From: Octopus vulgaris
Lineage: Eukaryota
Length of the DNA: 64,000 bases
Direction: 5' to 3'
NCBI GenBank assembly: GCA_951406725.2
Contig: OX597816.1
Location: forward strand, 78,182,001 to 78,246,000
This document shows, piece by piece, positions 37,547-49,580 of the stretch (position 1 is the first letter of the stretch; each line of letters opens with the position of its first letter). A program made the translations under genes and the position numbers. The notes beneath the pieces were generated by a model. It ran no database searches. It was not told where the DNA came from and was given only the letters and a program-made list of their open reading frames with translations.

Positions 37547-40517
37547 ATGCATTTGATCACTATAAAGAAATTATTTGTGCAGATTGTTCAGCAAGAAATT
37601 GTAGAACTGTCTTTCTCAGACTGTAAGAGAGTACCATCATATGTATATTACTATACTGCTGCTCTTCACTTCTCCCTTTGTGCACTGCTACTCATCATCT
37701 CTCCCTGCCCATATGTATCATTGGTCATTCCCACCCCTTATCCATCATTCATTACATGCATCTGTCAGCCCTATTCAATTTCTATCAATGTTACCTACTC
37801 TTCCTTAGCTTCCCTACTAATTCCTCAACAATTCGTCTTCATTATATTCTTCATCTCACCCATTTCTATCTTTAACCATCTCTCACTCTCCCATCCTCTA
37901 TCCATTCAAACAATCTGTTCTCCCACTCACTTCTACTTAACTCATATGTTGAGGGTTCACTCTGACATCCCATCACTATTATTTCCTGTTCCACCCATTC
38001 TTCTACAATGTAAACAGCCATATAACTCCTCTATAGCAGGAAGCATGTTCTTTTCTGATCCCTTCTCTCACACTTAAATCCTAATCTCATAGTGTAAAGC
38101 TGTCTCTCTCTCAACTGAAACTTCATTCGGTCAATGGGGATTTTAGTCTGGTAAGCTGCATAGCTATCTAAGTAGTGCTGGTGCCATGAAAAAAGCACCC
38201 AGTATATGCTAAGTGGTTAGCATTAGGAAAGGCATCCAGCTGTAGAAATCATGCCAAAGTAGATACTGGCACACAAAACAGTTTACAGATCTGTCAGATA
38301 TTGTCAAACCGTCTAACCCAAGCCAGCATAGAATGTGGATGTTAAATGAAGATAAATATATACACACATACATATCAATCTCTCAAAGATTTATAGAAAC
38401 AATTCCAAACATGAAAGCAAAACCTAGGAGTAAGAGATCACAAAATAAACTCAGTGAAGACTAAAATCTTTTAGTAGGAAGAACAAAGACAGAACCCAAC
38501 AGCTATCAGGAAAATGTGCTAACTACGCAGATGAGAAGGTAAGAATCCCATAAAATGTATATGGTGCAAACTGTGAATGTACAAGATATAGTAGAATCAC
38601 AAGCAGAATAAAAGAGAAAGAAGACTTTATGTGACAGATGCAGTAAAAGAGCACATGAAATAGATTCCTTCAAATGTCTGGAAGGCTCCTTAGAAATAGC
38701 TGATAGCTTTTGTTACTTAGGTGATCTAATTAACAATGGAAGTAAGTATTCTGAAATCATAGCTGTCAGAGAAAGAAGAAGGTGGAAAGAGTTCAGGGAA
38801 TTATTATCTCTGCTGACAATAAGGAATTTCTCTTAGAGTGAAGGGCAGATTGTATGATGCTTGTATTTGAAGTGTGATGCTGCACGGTACATGCTCTGCC
38901 AGATGTGTAATATTACTGTCTATGGATGATAGAGCACAAAAGAACTGAGAGAAATGTTAGATGTAAGAAGAATCAGATAGTGTGCAAGAGAGAAGACTGT
39001 GTTGGCACAAGCACATGATGTGTATGGATAATCAGTTGTATAAAGTAGTGTCCAGTACTCCAAGTGGATGAAACGTGGTGAAACAGAAAACCAAAGAAGA
39101 CACAGGATGAAGTGGTGAAGATAGATTTAAAGAAGTTGAATTCTACATAAGATAACAAAAGACTGCAACAAGTTGCAAAGTGCTGTACAGAAGGCCAATC
39201 CAACCTATGCAAGCATGGCAAAATGGGCACATAAAATTATGCTAGTGATGGATGCTGAAAAGTATAATATCAGCATTTGGGTCTCTCTAACCTAATGTGT
39301 TCATTTTAAGTCTGTCTATTGCTCTCCTCTCTTTGATATTCCCTAACCATTACTCACTGTGTCTCTCTATTATTACCTCATCTCTCTCGTCATGTCACTA
39401 GTGTAGTAAGAGATGTTACTGAAACTGTCCGTATTCCACACCCCCTCCAAACCTTTACTGCTAGCCTTACACATTCTCACCTATCACACCTACTATTACT
39501 CATTATTAGCCTTTATAACTCCCCACCCTTTTCTCTCTTGCTCATTGTTGACATGTTTCACAATCTCTCACTTCATTACTCTCTTTTCTACCACCTTGTT
39601 TCCCTCCTATCACTCTCTCTTCCCCCAATCACATGGCTCATTCTGTTCAATCTCCTAGCAACCAACATACAGCTAATATCTCGCTCTCTTTCATTAATTT
39701 CTCCTCTAACACCCTCTTGTTCCTATTACTCTAGTCTCCTCTCTAACTTTCTTGCCTTTGTCTTTTCTCTTTCAACACCCTCATTTATCATCCTTTTGGC
39801 CATTTGCCTTGAATGAGCTGAAACAATGTCGGTAGAAAGGACTCTTTAATCTTGCTGGGGACATGCCAAACTCTCTAGTCGAAGAATAAAATGCATTTCA
39901 TACACTCTCTTAAGTGACTGACAGATAGAGTCAATATAGGGAAAAGAGAAGTTCTCTAGTGCTAGTATGATGATAACATGCACCTATAACAGTCTGTAAA
40001 GTGTTAGCATTAGAAGGGGCATCCAGCTGTAAAAACCATACTAAAAATGTAAAATAAGAGTGAGATGTAGTCTCTAAGTAATTTAGGATTATAATTCCTT
40101 ATAAGAACTGATTTCAACTGTAACATTTCCTACACTTGCCAATATGGAAAAGTAGACATATATTGATGATAATGAAGGCAAATTACAGACAAAGTAAGAA
40201 CACAGTATGGAGTCAAAATTGTAGGAATCTAGATGTTGAATGACTTATGGTGCAAATTCAACAGAAAGGTGATAGAGAATAGTACAGAGTAATGTAACAA
40301 TTGACAGCAACAAAAGGATTACAGACCGGAGAAATGGAGAGATCTGGAGGGCATTATGTAACATTTAGATCAATTGTAATAACAACTGGAGAGAAGCAAT
40401 TTTACAGGCTTGTTCAAGTATAATTACAAACTAAAACTGCTAGATTTTGAAAGTTTATGTAGCCAAAAATATCTAATAAGAAAATTCGAAAAAGCACTTT
40501 TGCCAGCCTCATTTGGC

Positions 40518-40710
40518 CCCTGTGCCGGTGGCACGTAAAAAGCACCCACTACACTCATGGAGTGGTTGGCGTTAGGAAGGGTATCCAGCTGTAGAAACAC
40601 TGCCAGATCAGACTGGGCCTGGCGCAGCCTTCTGGCTTCCCAGACCCCAGTTGAACCGTCCAACCTATGCTAGCATGGAAAATGGACGTTAAACGATGAT
40701 GATGATAATG
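40518..40710 (+). mobile_element. Young RTE 3' stub about 60 nt from the PDCD10 exon 2 donor
   Basis: Near-identical to the reverse complement of 49550-49750. Confidence 0.9.
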
Positions 40711-40767
40711 ATACAAACTATTATTGCATTGAAAGCAATAAAAACAGAAATGAAGTGATATAAATAC

Positions 40768-40821
40768 CTTGCAAAAGGCTGCTCTCAGAGTCTGGGCTGC
40801 TGCCATGTCTTCCTGCTCAAG
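40768..40821 (-). CDS. PDCD10: PDCD10 coding exon 2 (LEQEDMAAAQTLRAAFCK)
   Basis: Pyrimidine tract ttttctctctttag|, donor AAG|GTATTT; carries the AAQTLRAAF motif of the CCM3 dimerisation domain. Confidence 0.96.
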
Positions 40822-42028
40822 CTAAAGAGAGAAAAGGATAAAACTGTTACACATATTTTTCAACAAACAATATTTTATATGTTGTTTTAAAGAAGCAGAA
40901 CAATGTTTATAGTATTATAGATGATAACTGAATAAAATGTAGGCAAACAATAACTCAGTGTAAAAATATTCTAAATTAGCTCTTACAAACTAATTATTTC
41001 ATGAAAAATGTTAAGATACTGAGTATGGTGATATTGATTTCAATAGAGCACAGTCTACCACAGTTGGATGTGCCAATTATAGATCTCTTTCTAAAACAAT
41101 TTTCTTTTGGATATAAAACACAGTCAGATAATATATTTTGTCTTTTATCTTTTACATGTTTCAGCCATGCTGGGGCATCACCTTGAAGAATTTTAGTCAA
41201 ATGAAATAACTCTAGTACTTTTTTTTTAAAGCCTGGTCCTTCTATCAGACTCTTTTACTGAACCACTAACTTATGGGGTTGTAAAGCAGTAGTGGGGGAC
41301 AAAGATATATACAAAGACACATACATAAACATACACACATGCACAAAGACACAGATACAATGGGCTTCTTTCAATTTTCATCCACTAAATCCATTCACAA
41401 AGTTTTGGTTGATCTGAGGTTATAACAGAAGATACTTGCCCAAGGTGCCACACAATGGGACTGAATCTAGAATCATGTGGTTGGAAAACAAACATCTTAC
41501 TACAGCCACGCCTGTGACTAATTAAAAAATAAATTCTCAGCTGACTAGAAACATTTTTATGACCAAATTAACCTAATCAACTCTGGTCTGATATTTCCAA
41601 ATAAAGGACTGAATGTTTGTTCAAACCACAAACTTAACAGATGAAATAGGGTGAAGAAGATTTTGATCAAAATTTCCATATAGCAGAAAGATGAAATGCT
41701 ATAAAGATAGGATTCAAATGAAGGACTAGTAAATTAATTACAATTGTTCTGAGCTATTAATCATAAAAATGCTTCTTGAATTATTGTTTGGTAAGCATCC
41801 TTGTCAAAGTTGTTATTGTTTAATCACAAGTCTAATAGACTTATCATTACACAGTCCAGCTTTGAACATCCCATCCTTCTATACAGACAAGACTATACTG
41901 TCCAGCGTGTTGTTTTTTTTTTTAAAGATAATAGTGTAACTTGGATGCTATTTCTAGCAGGTTGAGTGACTGCTTAGAGGCTACCAAAATTAGTTTGTGT
42001 AGATGTTCGGGATTAGAAGGTATACTGT

Positions 42029-42257
42029 TTAATCCTTTCATTACCAACCCAGCTGAAACTGGCTCTGGCACTGTAGTATAAATGTCTTGTTTTCATAAGT
42101 TTTGAATTAAAATCTTCCATCAAACCTTAGTCATAATTTATATTCCTAACACTAGCTTAATGATAACTAAGTTATTTTACTAAATTCTTTGATATATTTA
42201 AAATAATTGAAGGAAACACAGATCATCTCAAAATAAATACAGTAACGAAAGGGTTAA
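42029..42257. mobile_element. piggyBac-like MITE, second family
   Basis: ttaatcctttcattac..gtaacgaaagggttaa; related copy 12246-12472. Confidence 0.65.
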
Positions 42258-42954
42258 ACACAGTAAGAATTTATAAGGCAGCAGTAATTGTTAGAGAAAC
42301 AATAAGCATACTAATTCTCTTACTGGCTTAGGCCTATCTTCAGCATGTATGAGTGGGATTCTTGAAAAATTAACACACTATATAATTGATTCCAAAATTA
42401 TTAGCATTTCAAAGTACGTAGTTATGCTCAGCATCTATTCTTTAAGTTTTAAAAACAAATAGAGTTTCTGTTGGCCAAGGTTGCATCAGCACATATAAAT
42501 GCTAATCTGGGCAAGATTTCTTTTGAGGAAGACTAGTAGTTACCCTTGCATGGAGGTCTCTCCTTCCTATGCTATTAATGTTTAACCAAGGGAAAGGTCA
42601 ATGACTTTTTGGAGCCACTGTCATTACAGGTGATACTGTCAGAATACAAAACTGCCCATTAAAAAATAATTCATATTTAAATAATAACCTATTATCATAA
42701 TTTTATGTAAACACTTTTTGCTATGCTTCTGACACCAGTTTAATAATGAACAGTTTTATTATTTTACTAAATATCTTCAAACTCTCATTTTAGAAATAAA
42801 CTTAAGCACACAGGCAGTGCATTTCATTAAAAAATATGGTCACTAAAAGGGTAATCTTAAGTAGAAATTAATTTATGATACTAATGCTCTATAAATATAC
42901 AACAATGAGCAGCAATTAGAGATAATTCAGAATTTTATAAAAATTACAACATAC

Positions 42955-43026
42955 CCTTTCCAAAATGGGTCCAATAATAACGGGAATGGTCATTGCAGCA
43001 TACAGGGACTCATCACCCATGGTCAT
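42955..43026 (-). CDS. PDCD10: PDCD10/CCM3 coding exon 1 (MTMGDESLYAAMTIPVIIGPILER)
   Basis: ATG at 43026, 72 nt, donor AGG|GTATGT; joins the next exon in phase 0; resembles the MTM..-LYA N-terminus of PDCD10. Confidence 0.88.
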
Positions 43027-43352
43027 ATTTAATTCTTTTCTATAATTCGTTCAGTGGAAGTAGATTAAGATAGAATTTAGATTATATGAAAAAAAAAAAT
43101 TGTTCTTTGTATATTTTGTTTTTGCAGGTTACACTGCTAAGATATAGAATTCAATCCAGCAACATAAGCGATTCTTAAATTCTTGATTGCAACACCTTGG
43201 AATAAAAATCTGGAAGAAATAGAAGAAATATATGAATCATAAATAGTGTAATGAAAGCAAAATTTTCAATTGACATTCACAAAAAGCTGACCTCAATTCA
43301 GGCAGAACTAGTATCAAACAGTAAACTAGATACCTAACTCCTATTAATGTAA

Positions 43353-44142
43353 CTAGCAGCATAGCCCGGCGTTGCCTGGGTATGTAAGAGCCCCTAGTAG
43401 GCAATGACTAATCCCAATCTAGTCCTTTCCCTCTAGGGAACGAAGGCGCATATGTAGGTTGCAATGTCTTCTCTTCACTCCCAAATAACTATCAAATAGC
43501 TATCGATAATTCAACCCAACCAATTCCTACCAGGAAGAAATTACATTCGAGACTTTACCCCCACTTCTGCTAATAGCTGCTGCAGCCGCAAGTTATTCGA
43601 ATACTTTTTTTGCTTACACTTTCTTTATAACTACCACCCCAAACGTTTTACCTTAAATTTTTGACATACCCTAAGGGTCCTCGGACGCTACTTGCAAACT
43701 CTTGGTTTATTATAAACCGCTTTTGTCGTGTGCACCAAAAAACCTTTTCCATTCGTTTGTTCAGTTTGGTCACTTTTGACTTTTTCGTTGTTGTCACTCA
43801 CATTGCTGCCCGCTTTTTTGCCGTTTTTGTACATTTTTATACATTTTGGGATACTTACCCCACGTGTTCCGAGAGTTAAAAAGGTCGAGTTGCGTCCCCT
43901 AGACAGTGTGTAGAAAATGTGTTGCATATAAAAAGCTTAGATTCTCGACCCGTGTCGAATTTATCAATTTCTTTTCAGAACTGGGGGAACTTTTCAAAAT
44001 TTTCGCTGTGTTAGTTTTGAATTATGACATTGGGCTATGTGTGTGTCGAGTTTCATCAGAATCGGTCGAAAGCCGTGGTCAGGGTGAGAGTACAACCTGA
44101 CAGACACACAGACAGACAAACTGCTGTTTATATATAGAGAGA
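43353..44142 (-). mobile_element. Non-autonomous Helitron (790 bp)
   Basis: Minus strand A|TC..CTAG|T, subterminal hairpin CCCAGGC-AAC-GCCGGG 8 nt before CTAG, no TSD, CpGs intact. Confidence 0.88.
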
Positions 44143-44597
44143 TGATACTTAACAAGGAAAAACCTCAAATGTGGAAACATGAGCCAAAAAATCAAGAGGA
44201 ACTTACTTGCAATCTAGGAAGAGATTTTACTCAATATGCAGCAAAGAAGCAAGTATAGATTCTATATTGTGTACTCAAGTAAACTATGATTACACAAGGG
44301 ATGAATGGAAAAACAGAAAAAAAAGAAAACATAGGCTGACAGAGAAGAAATACTCTGTAGTTTGCAGAAATAATTATTGGTAAGTGTGTCTATGAAATGT
44401 ATTTTTTCAAATGCCTAGAAGACTCACAAGTAATTGACATTTTCTGTTATTTAGTCAGCAGTAGAGGTGGGTGTTGTTAACACATAGTAGCCAGTGTAAG
44501 AACAGGGAAGAAGAAATTTAGAGAGTTACTACCTCTTTGGGCAACAAAGATTCTCAGAGTAAAGAGCAGATTGATAGTATGATGCTTGTACATGATG

Positions 44598-44692
44598 CAG
44601 TGATTCTCAACCTTTTTACTTTTGAGTAACCTTTAAAATAAAATACACGTCTCAAGGAACCCTGCACAAAAAAAATTATATACCATATCTTT

Positions 44693-44743
<51 letters not shown>

Positions 44744-44948
44744 GGTTGTTATATATATTTTTTGATAACATAAGAGGTTAGATAGGCTGATGTTTATATT
44801 ATAATATTACAATCATGAGTGCATGTATAGTAATATTATGATCATGAAATTAGCATTTGCTTACTTCACTCTTTTTCAGAGAACCCCAATCCCATGGAAC
44901 CTTTTATGGAATCCTAGGGTTCCAGGGAACCCCAGTTGAGAAACATTA
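44598..44948. mobile_element. hAT-like MITE inserted in an RTE relic (about 44470-45330)
   Basis: TIR cagtgattctcaac / gttgagaaacatta; 8-bp TSD acatgatg / atatgatg; related element 54030-54271. Confidence 0.8.
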
Positions 44949-47900
44949 ATATGATGTATCAATACAATAATACATGGTAGTAAAACAAGAGCAATGAATG
45001 CTGAGGATATGTAAAGGCTGGAAAGAGATGGTGTGAGCAGGCTCGGCTGGATGTGAAATGTTAATGTTAGCATACATGAATAATGGACAAGAAATGAGTG
45101 AAGAGGAAGAGTGCATATAAGAACAACCAGGTCTAGTCTGCATGAGAGGAGATTGTGCTGAGGCAGACATATTATGAGTATGCAGGATGAGAGATAAGTG
45201 AAGATATGCCAAGCAATTCAATTGGTAGGAACTTGCAGAAGGTGTAGGAAGTGGAAACTGGGAAGAAATGGTAAAGGCAAACCTCAGGATGTTGAATCTC
45301 ATAAAAGAGACAACAGGGGGAAGATGACTGATAAAATTATATATCCTTATCATCACTTAACATCCATTTTCCATGTTGGCATGGGCTGGACAGTTTAATA
45401 GGACCTGGTAGGGCAAAGAGCTACACCAGCTTCCATTATCTGTTTTGACATGGTTTCTATGGCTGGATGCCCTTCTCAATGCCAACCACTTTATAGAGTG
45501 TACTAGTGCTTTTCACATGGTTCCAACACTAGTGCTTTTTGCATGGCACCAGCACTGACAAGGTTGCCAAGTACTTTGTAAGATAAAAATCCCTTGGCTG
45601 GGGGAGGGGATAGTATTGAGGCAGAGGGAGGTAGTTTTGTGCCAGTTGATGAGAGATGAAAGGTATAGAGAGACAGGGATAGGTGTCTTGCTGAAGAGTA
45701 GATACAAGGATACCCCAGATAGAAAAGAAAGGAGGGTGGGTTAGAGAACAAGATAAAAAGAGTAAAGACAGCAACAGTGAGACAAATGGTGAAGACATGT
45801 TGGGACATGCCCTTGAAGGACATTGGTGGTGGTGGTGAGAAGTGGGATGATTTCATGTTGCAAACCCTCACCTATTCCCTAGTAATATTTCCCTCTGACC
45901 AGACATGTTTTCACAGAATATTGGAAATGAAGGATACTGCTTGCAAGATGGTGATATTTGTTTATCATGCAGTGTCAAGGCAAGGAGACAGTGACACACA
46001 AACACGTATACATACAAATATACATATATAATACGATTCTTTCAGTTTCTGTCAACTAAATTCACTCACAAGGCTTTGGTTGGCCTAAGCTATAGTAGAA
46101 GATATTAATACAAGGTACCAAGTGGTGGAACTGAACCTAGAACTATGTGGTTTTGAAGAAACGGAATAAGAAACCTATTATTTGAAAAACAGGTATGGGT
46201 TGGAGACAGGAAGAGTAACTGGCTGTAAAACAAGGCTTCAATAATGGAAAAATGAATTTATGCATATGTATATATATATATGTGGTGTACAAGAGAGACG
46301 ACTGTGCTGGTATGATCATGTTATGCATATGGATGAGGACAACTGTGTAAAGAAGTGCCATTCTCTAACTGTGGAGGGAACCTGTCGTAGAGGTAGACCC
46401 AAGAAGACATGGGACAAGGTAGTAAAGCATGATCTTTGAACTTTGGGCCTCAGGGAGGCAATGACTGAGGCGAAGTTGTGCTTGAGAAGAAGATCCATCA
46501 AGCCAAGTAAAATCACAGTTGTGACAGATACCAGTCACACAAATGGCACCCATGCTGGTGGCACGTAAAAGCACCCATTACCCTGGTCAAACCAACCAAC
46601 CCATGCCAGCATGGACAATCAACGCTAAATGATGATATGTGTGGGTAGATGTATGATTTTATACACACACACACAAACACACAATTCATGCAAATATCTT
46701 TCCAGCAAGTTGATCTCATCTAACTTTTTTATAATTTTCTTTCTTTTACTTGTTTCTGCTAAAGTGAACACAGCTCAAACTAGAATGTTAATTAATGAGC
46801 AGGATTCCTGTATAAATAGACACTTAGTAATGGTGTTATTTCAAGCAGATGGACACAGGAATAAAATTTGGAAACCTAAAAGTTTGCAGCTAACATCTAT
46901 TTATGTCAAGTGACAGAAATCCTAAAATTTATCATTTTCTTCAAAGTAATGTTTAATCTTGTTGATTCCAGTTCTATATATTTTGCAATAACACTGACCT
47001 TATTTGGCTATGTAGTCTTCCATCAGTCAACTCTCAATGTTATTGTTAAGGCATGGTTGCCTGGGAAGAAGTTTGTTCCGCAACCACATGGTTTCAGGTT
47101 CAGTCTCACTACAAGGCAATTGTAGTCAACCAAAGCCTTGAGAATGGATTTTTAGATGGAAACTGAAAGAAGCTCATCATCATAATAATTATTTAATGGC
47201 TGCCTTCTATGCTGGCAAGCCAGAGAACTGCACCAAGTTCCATTGCCTGCTTTGACTTAGTTTCTATGGATGGATAACCTTCCTAATGCCAACCCCTATA
47301 CAGAAAGTACTGGGTGCTTTTCATGTGGCACCAGCACTGGTGGGGTTGTCAAGTGACTCACAATACAAAGGCCCTCTTGGCTAGGAGAGGGAGTGGTACT
47401 GAGGGAGGTGGCTTTGTACAGATTAAGAGGTTAAAGTATAACAGAGGTAGGTGTCATACTAATAGAGTAGATACTTCGCTACCTCAATAGGAAGAGGAAG
47501 GAGAGATAGAGTTAGAAACAAAGATAGAGAAAGAGAGAGAGAGAGGGAAAGATGGTGTTGGGGATGCATCAGCACATACTCACAAGGTACAGTGGGAGTG
47601 AATGTAAGTGGTTCAGAGAGGATAGAGGGGGATGTTCAATAAGAGTGTGAGGGGAGATGTTGAGAGCTAGAGAAGAGGTGACTGTAACAAGCGAGGGTGA
47701 GAGAAATGGATGTGACTGGTGTGTAGTGTGTGGGCTCTGGTAGATGTGTGAAGGCATGGAGAGTGTACAGGTAGATACATGAGGAAAAGTGGAAGGGCCT
47801 CCAGCGAGTGATCATGAATAGGGGGAAAGGGGTGTTGAAAAGATGGTTTATGGGGGGAGTTTTGACAGGAGACAAAATTCAGTGTGCATGGGAGTGACAT

Positions 47901-48824
47901 ACTGATTATGCCTGTATGTACAGCCATGATTTTATTTAGTATATGTGTGTGTTACCACCTCCATGCTGTGATAGTTGTGAGTGTCATGGAAGCTGTGTCC
48001 TTCATTTCCAGTATTGTGTGAAACTTGTCTATTATGAAAGAATATTACCTTACTTGGAAGAAACAGGTGAGGTTTCTGTTCAACCCATGTGACCATGGAA
48101 AAGGGGACATTAAAATGATGTGTGTGTGTGAATATATATATAAACTCTTTGACTTTTTTTAACTTTAAAGCTGCAGTCATGCTGGGGCACCAAGACAGAA
48201 TGGAATAAACAGAAGACATAGGATGGAAGAGTCGCTCAAGAGGTCAGAGATGTGTGATGAAAGATTTCCAAACAATAGACATAAGATAAAGTAAGAACAA
48301 TAATAAACAAGTGGAGAACGAATATAAAGTTCATGTTTATTTGGCAAGAGAAAAAAATGACCATCCTGAAATATAACAATACCTGCTTCAACACAATTTC
48401 ACATCAGGAATCTTGCAAAACAAATTCATAAATGTAAATACCAACATCATCATCATCATTTAATGTCTGCCTTCCATGCCAGCATGGGTTGGGTGGTTTG
48501 ACAGAAGCTGACCAGGCAGGAGTGCACCAGATTTCTGTGTCAGTTTTGACACAGTGTTTACAGCTGGATGCTCTTCCTAACACCATCAGCCCAGCAGAGT
48601 GGGCAGAATGCTTTTTATGTGGCACAAGCACAGGCAAGGTCAGTTTTGGCATGGTTTTTACATGGATGCCCTTCGAAATGTCAACCACTTTACAGTGTGG
48701 ACTGAATGTTTTATAATAATACACACACACACACATATATATATAAATATATACACACACGTGCACAAACACACACAGATACATATATGTAAAGTATAAA
48801 GCTTCTAGTGTTTGTATGCTGTTG

Positions 48825-49040
48825 GAAGAAGACATTTTAGACTGCATCCTTCTTCAGGTCCATCATTTAAACACATATGGTCATTTCATTAACCACATCT
48901 CTCAGTGTTTGGTATTTCCTACACTGCCAGAATCATACTCTAGGAGACTCAAAGAACAATGCATTATTGCTGCTACCTGAAGTTTAAATGAATGTTTCTC
49001 CTCTTTCTCTTAACCAGTCCCTATTTTTGTTTATTATCTA
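48825..49040. mobile_element. Penelope-like relic
   Basis: Frameshifted HLSVFGIS..SRRLKEQCII..LNECFS on plus strand; degenerate CUGAAGA-AGGAU/GUCU motif on minus strand at 48830-48860. Confidence 0.45.
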
Positions 49041-49549
49041 TGTCCATATGTGTTGGGTTGTATTGATGTTTCCCAGTCATATATATTTGTATATGTACAT
49101 ATAGTTGTGTTTAGATACAGGTACACACACATCATTATCATCACATAATGTTCATTTTGTATGCTGTCATACATTGGATGGGTCGACAGGATCTGCTGCA
49201 TTGTACTCCATGTCAGCTTTGGCATGTTTTCTAAAACTGGATGCCCTTCCTAATACCAAGTACTTTACAGCGAGCACTGGGAGCTTTTTTTCATGCCACC
49301 ATCACTAGTTAAGTTGCCATGTTTCTCACATTCTGATGAAAGATTTGCTTCATAATGCCAGAAACTCTTCTCCCAAAATGAATGAACATAAGAAACTTTG
49401 TTTTATCGCTAAATACAATCAAGATCAAAATATGTACAGAGGTAACATTATACTACAATGTAAAAGAAATTAAATGCAATAACAAAATGAATATACTAAA
49501 AGATGCTAGTTCCAGACATCTAACAACTTCATTGTCTGCAGCTATGAAA

Positions 49550-49580
<31 letters not shown>

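Noticed and set aside
37505-38077. 190-aa hydrophobic ORF
   Set aside because: Pyrimidine-rich low-complexity sequence antisense within a PDCD10 intron; no recognisable motif
48383-48411. Candidate minus-strand micro-exon
   Set aside because: Stops in all frames and no support beyond splice-like ends
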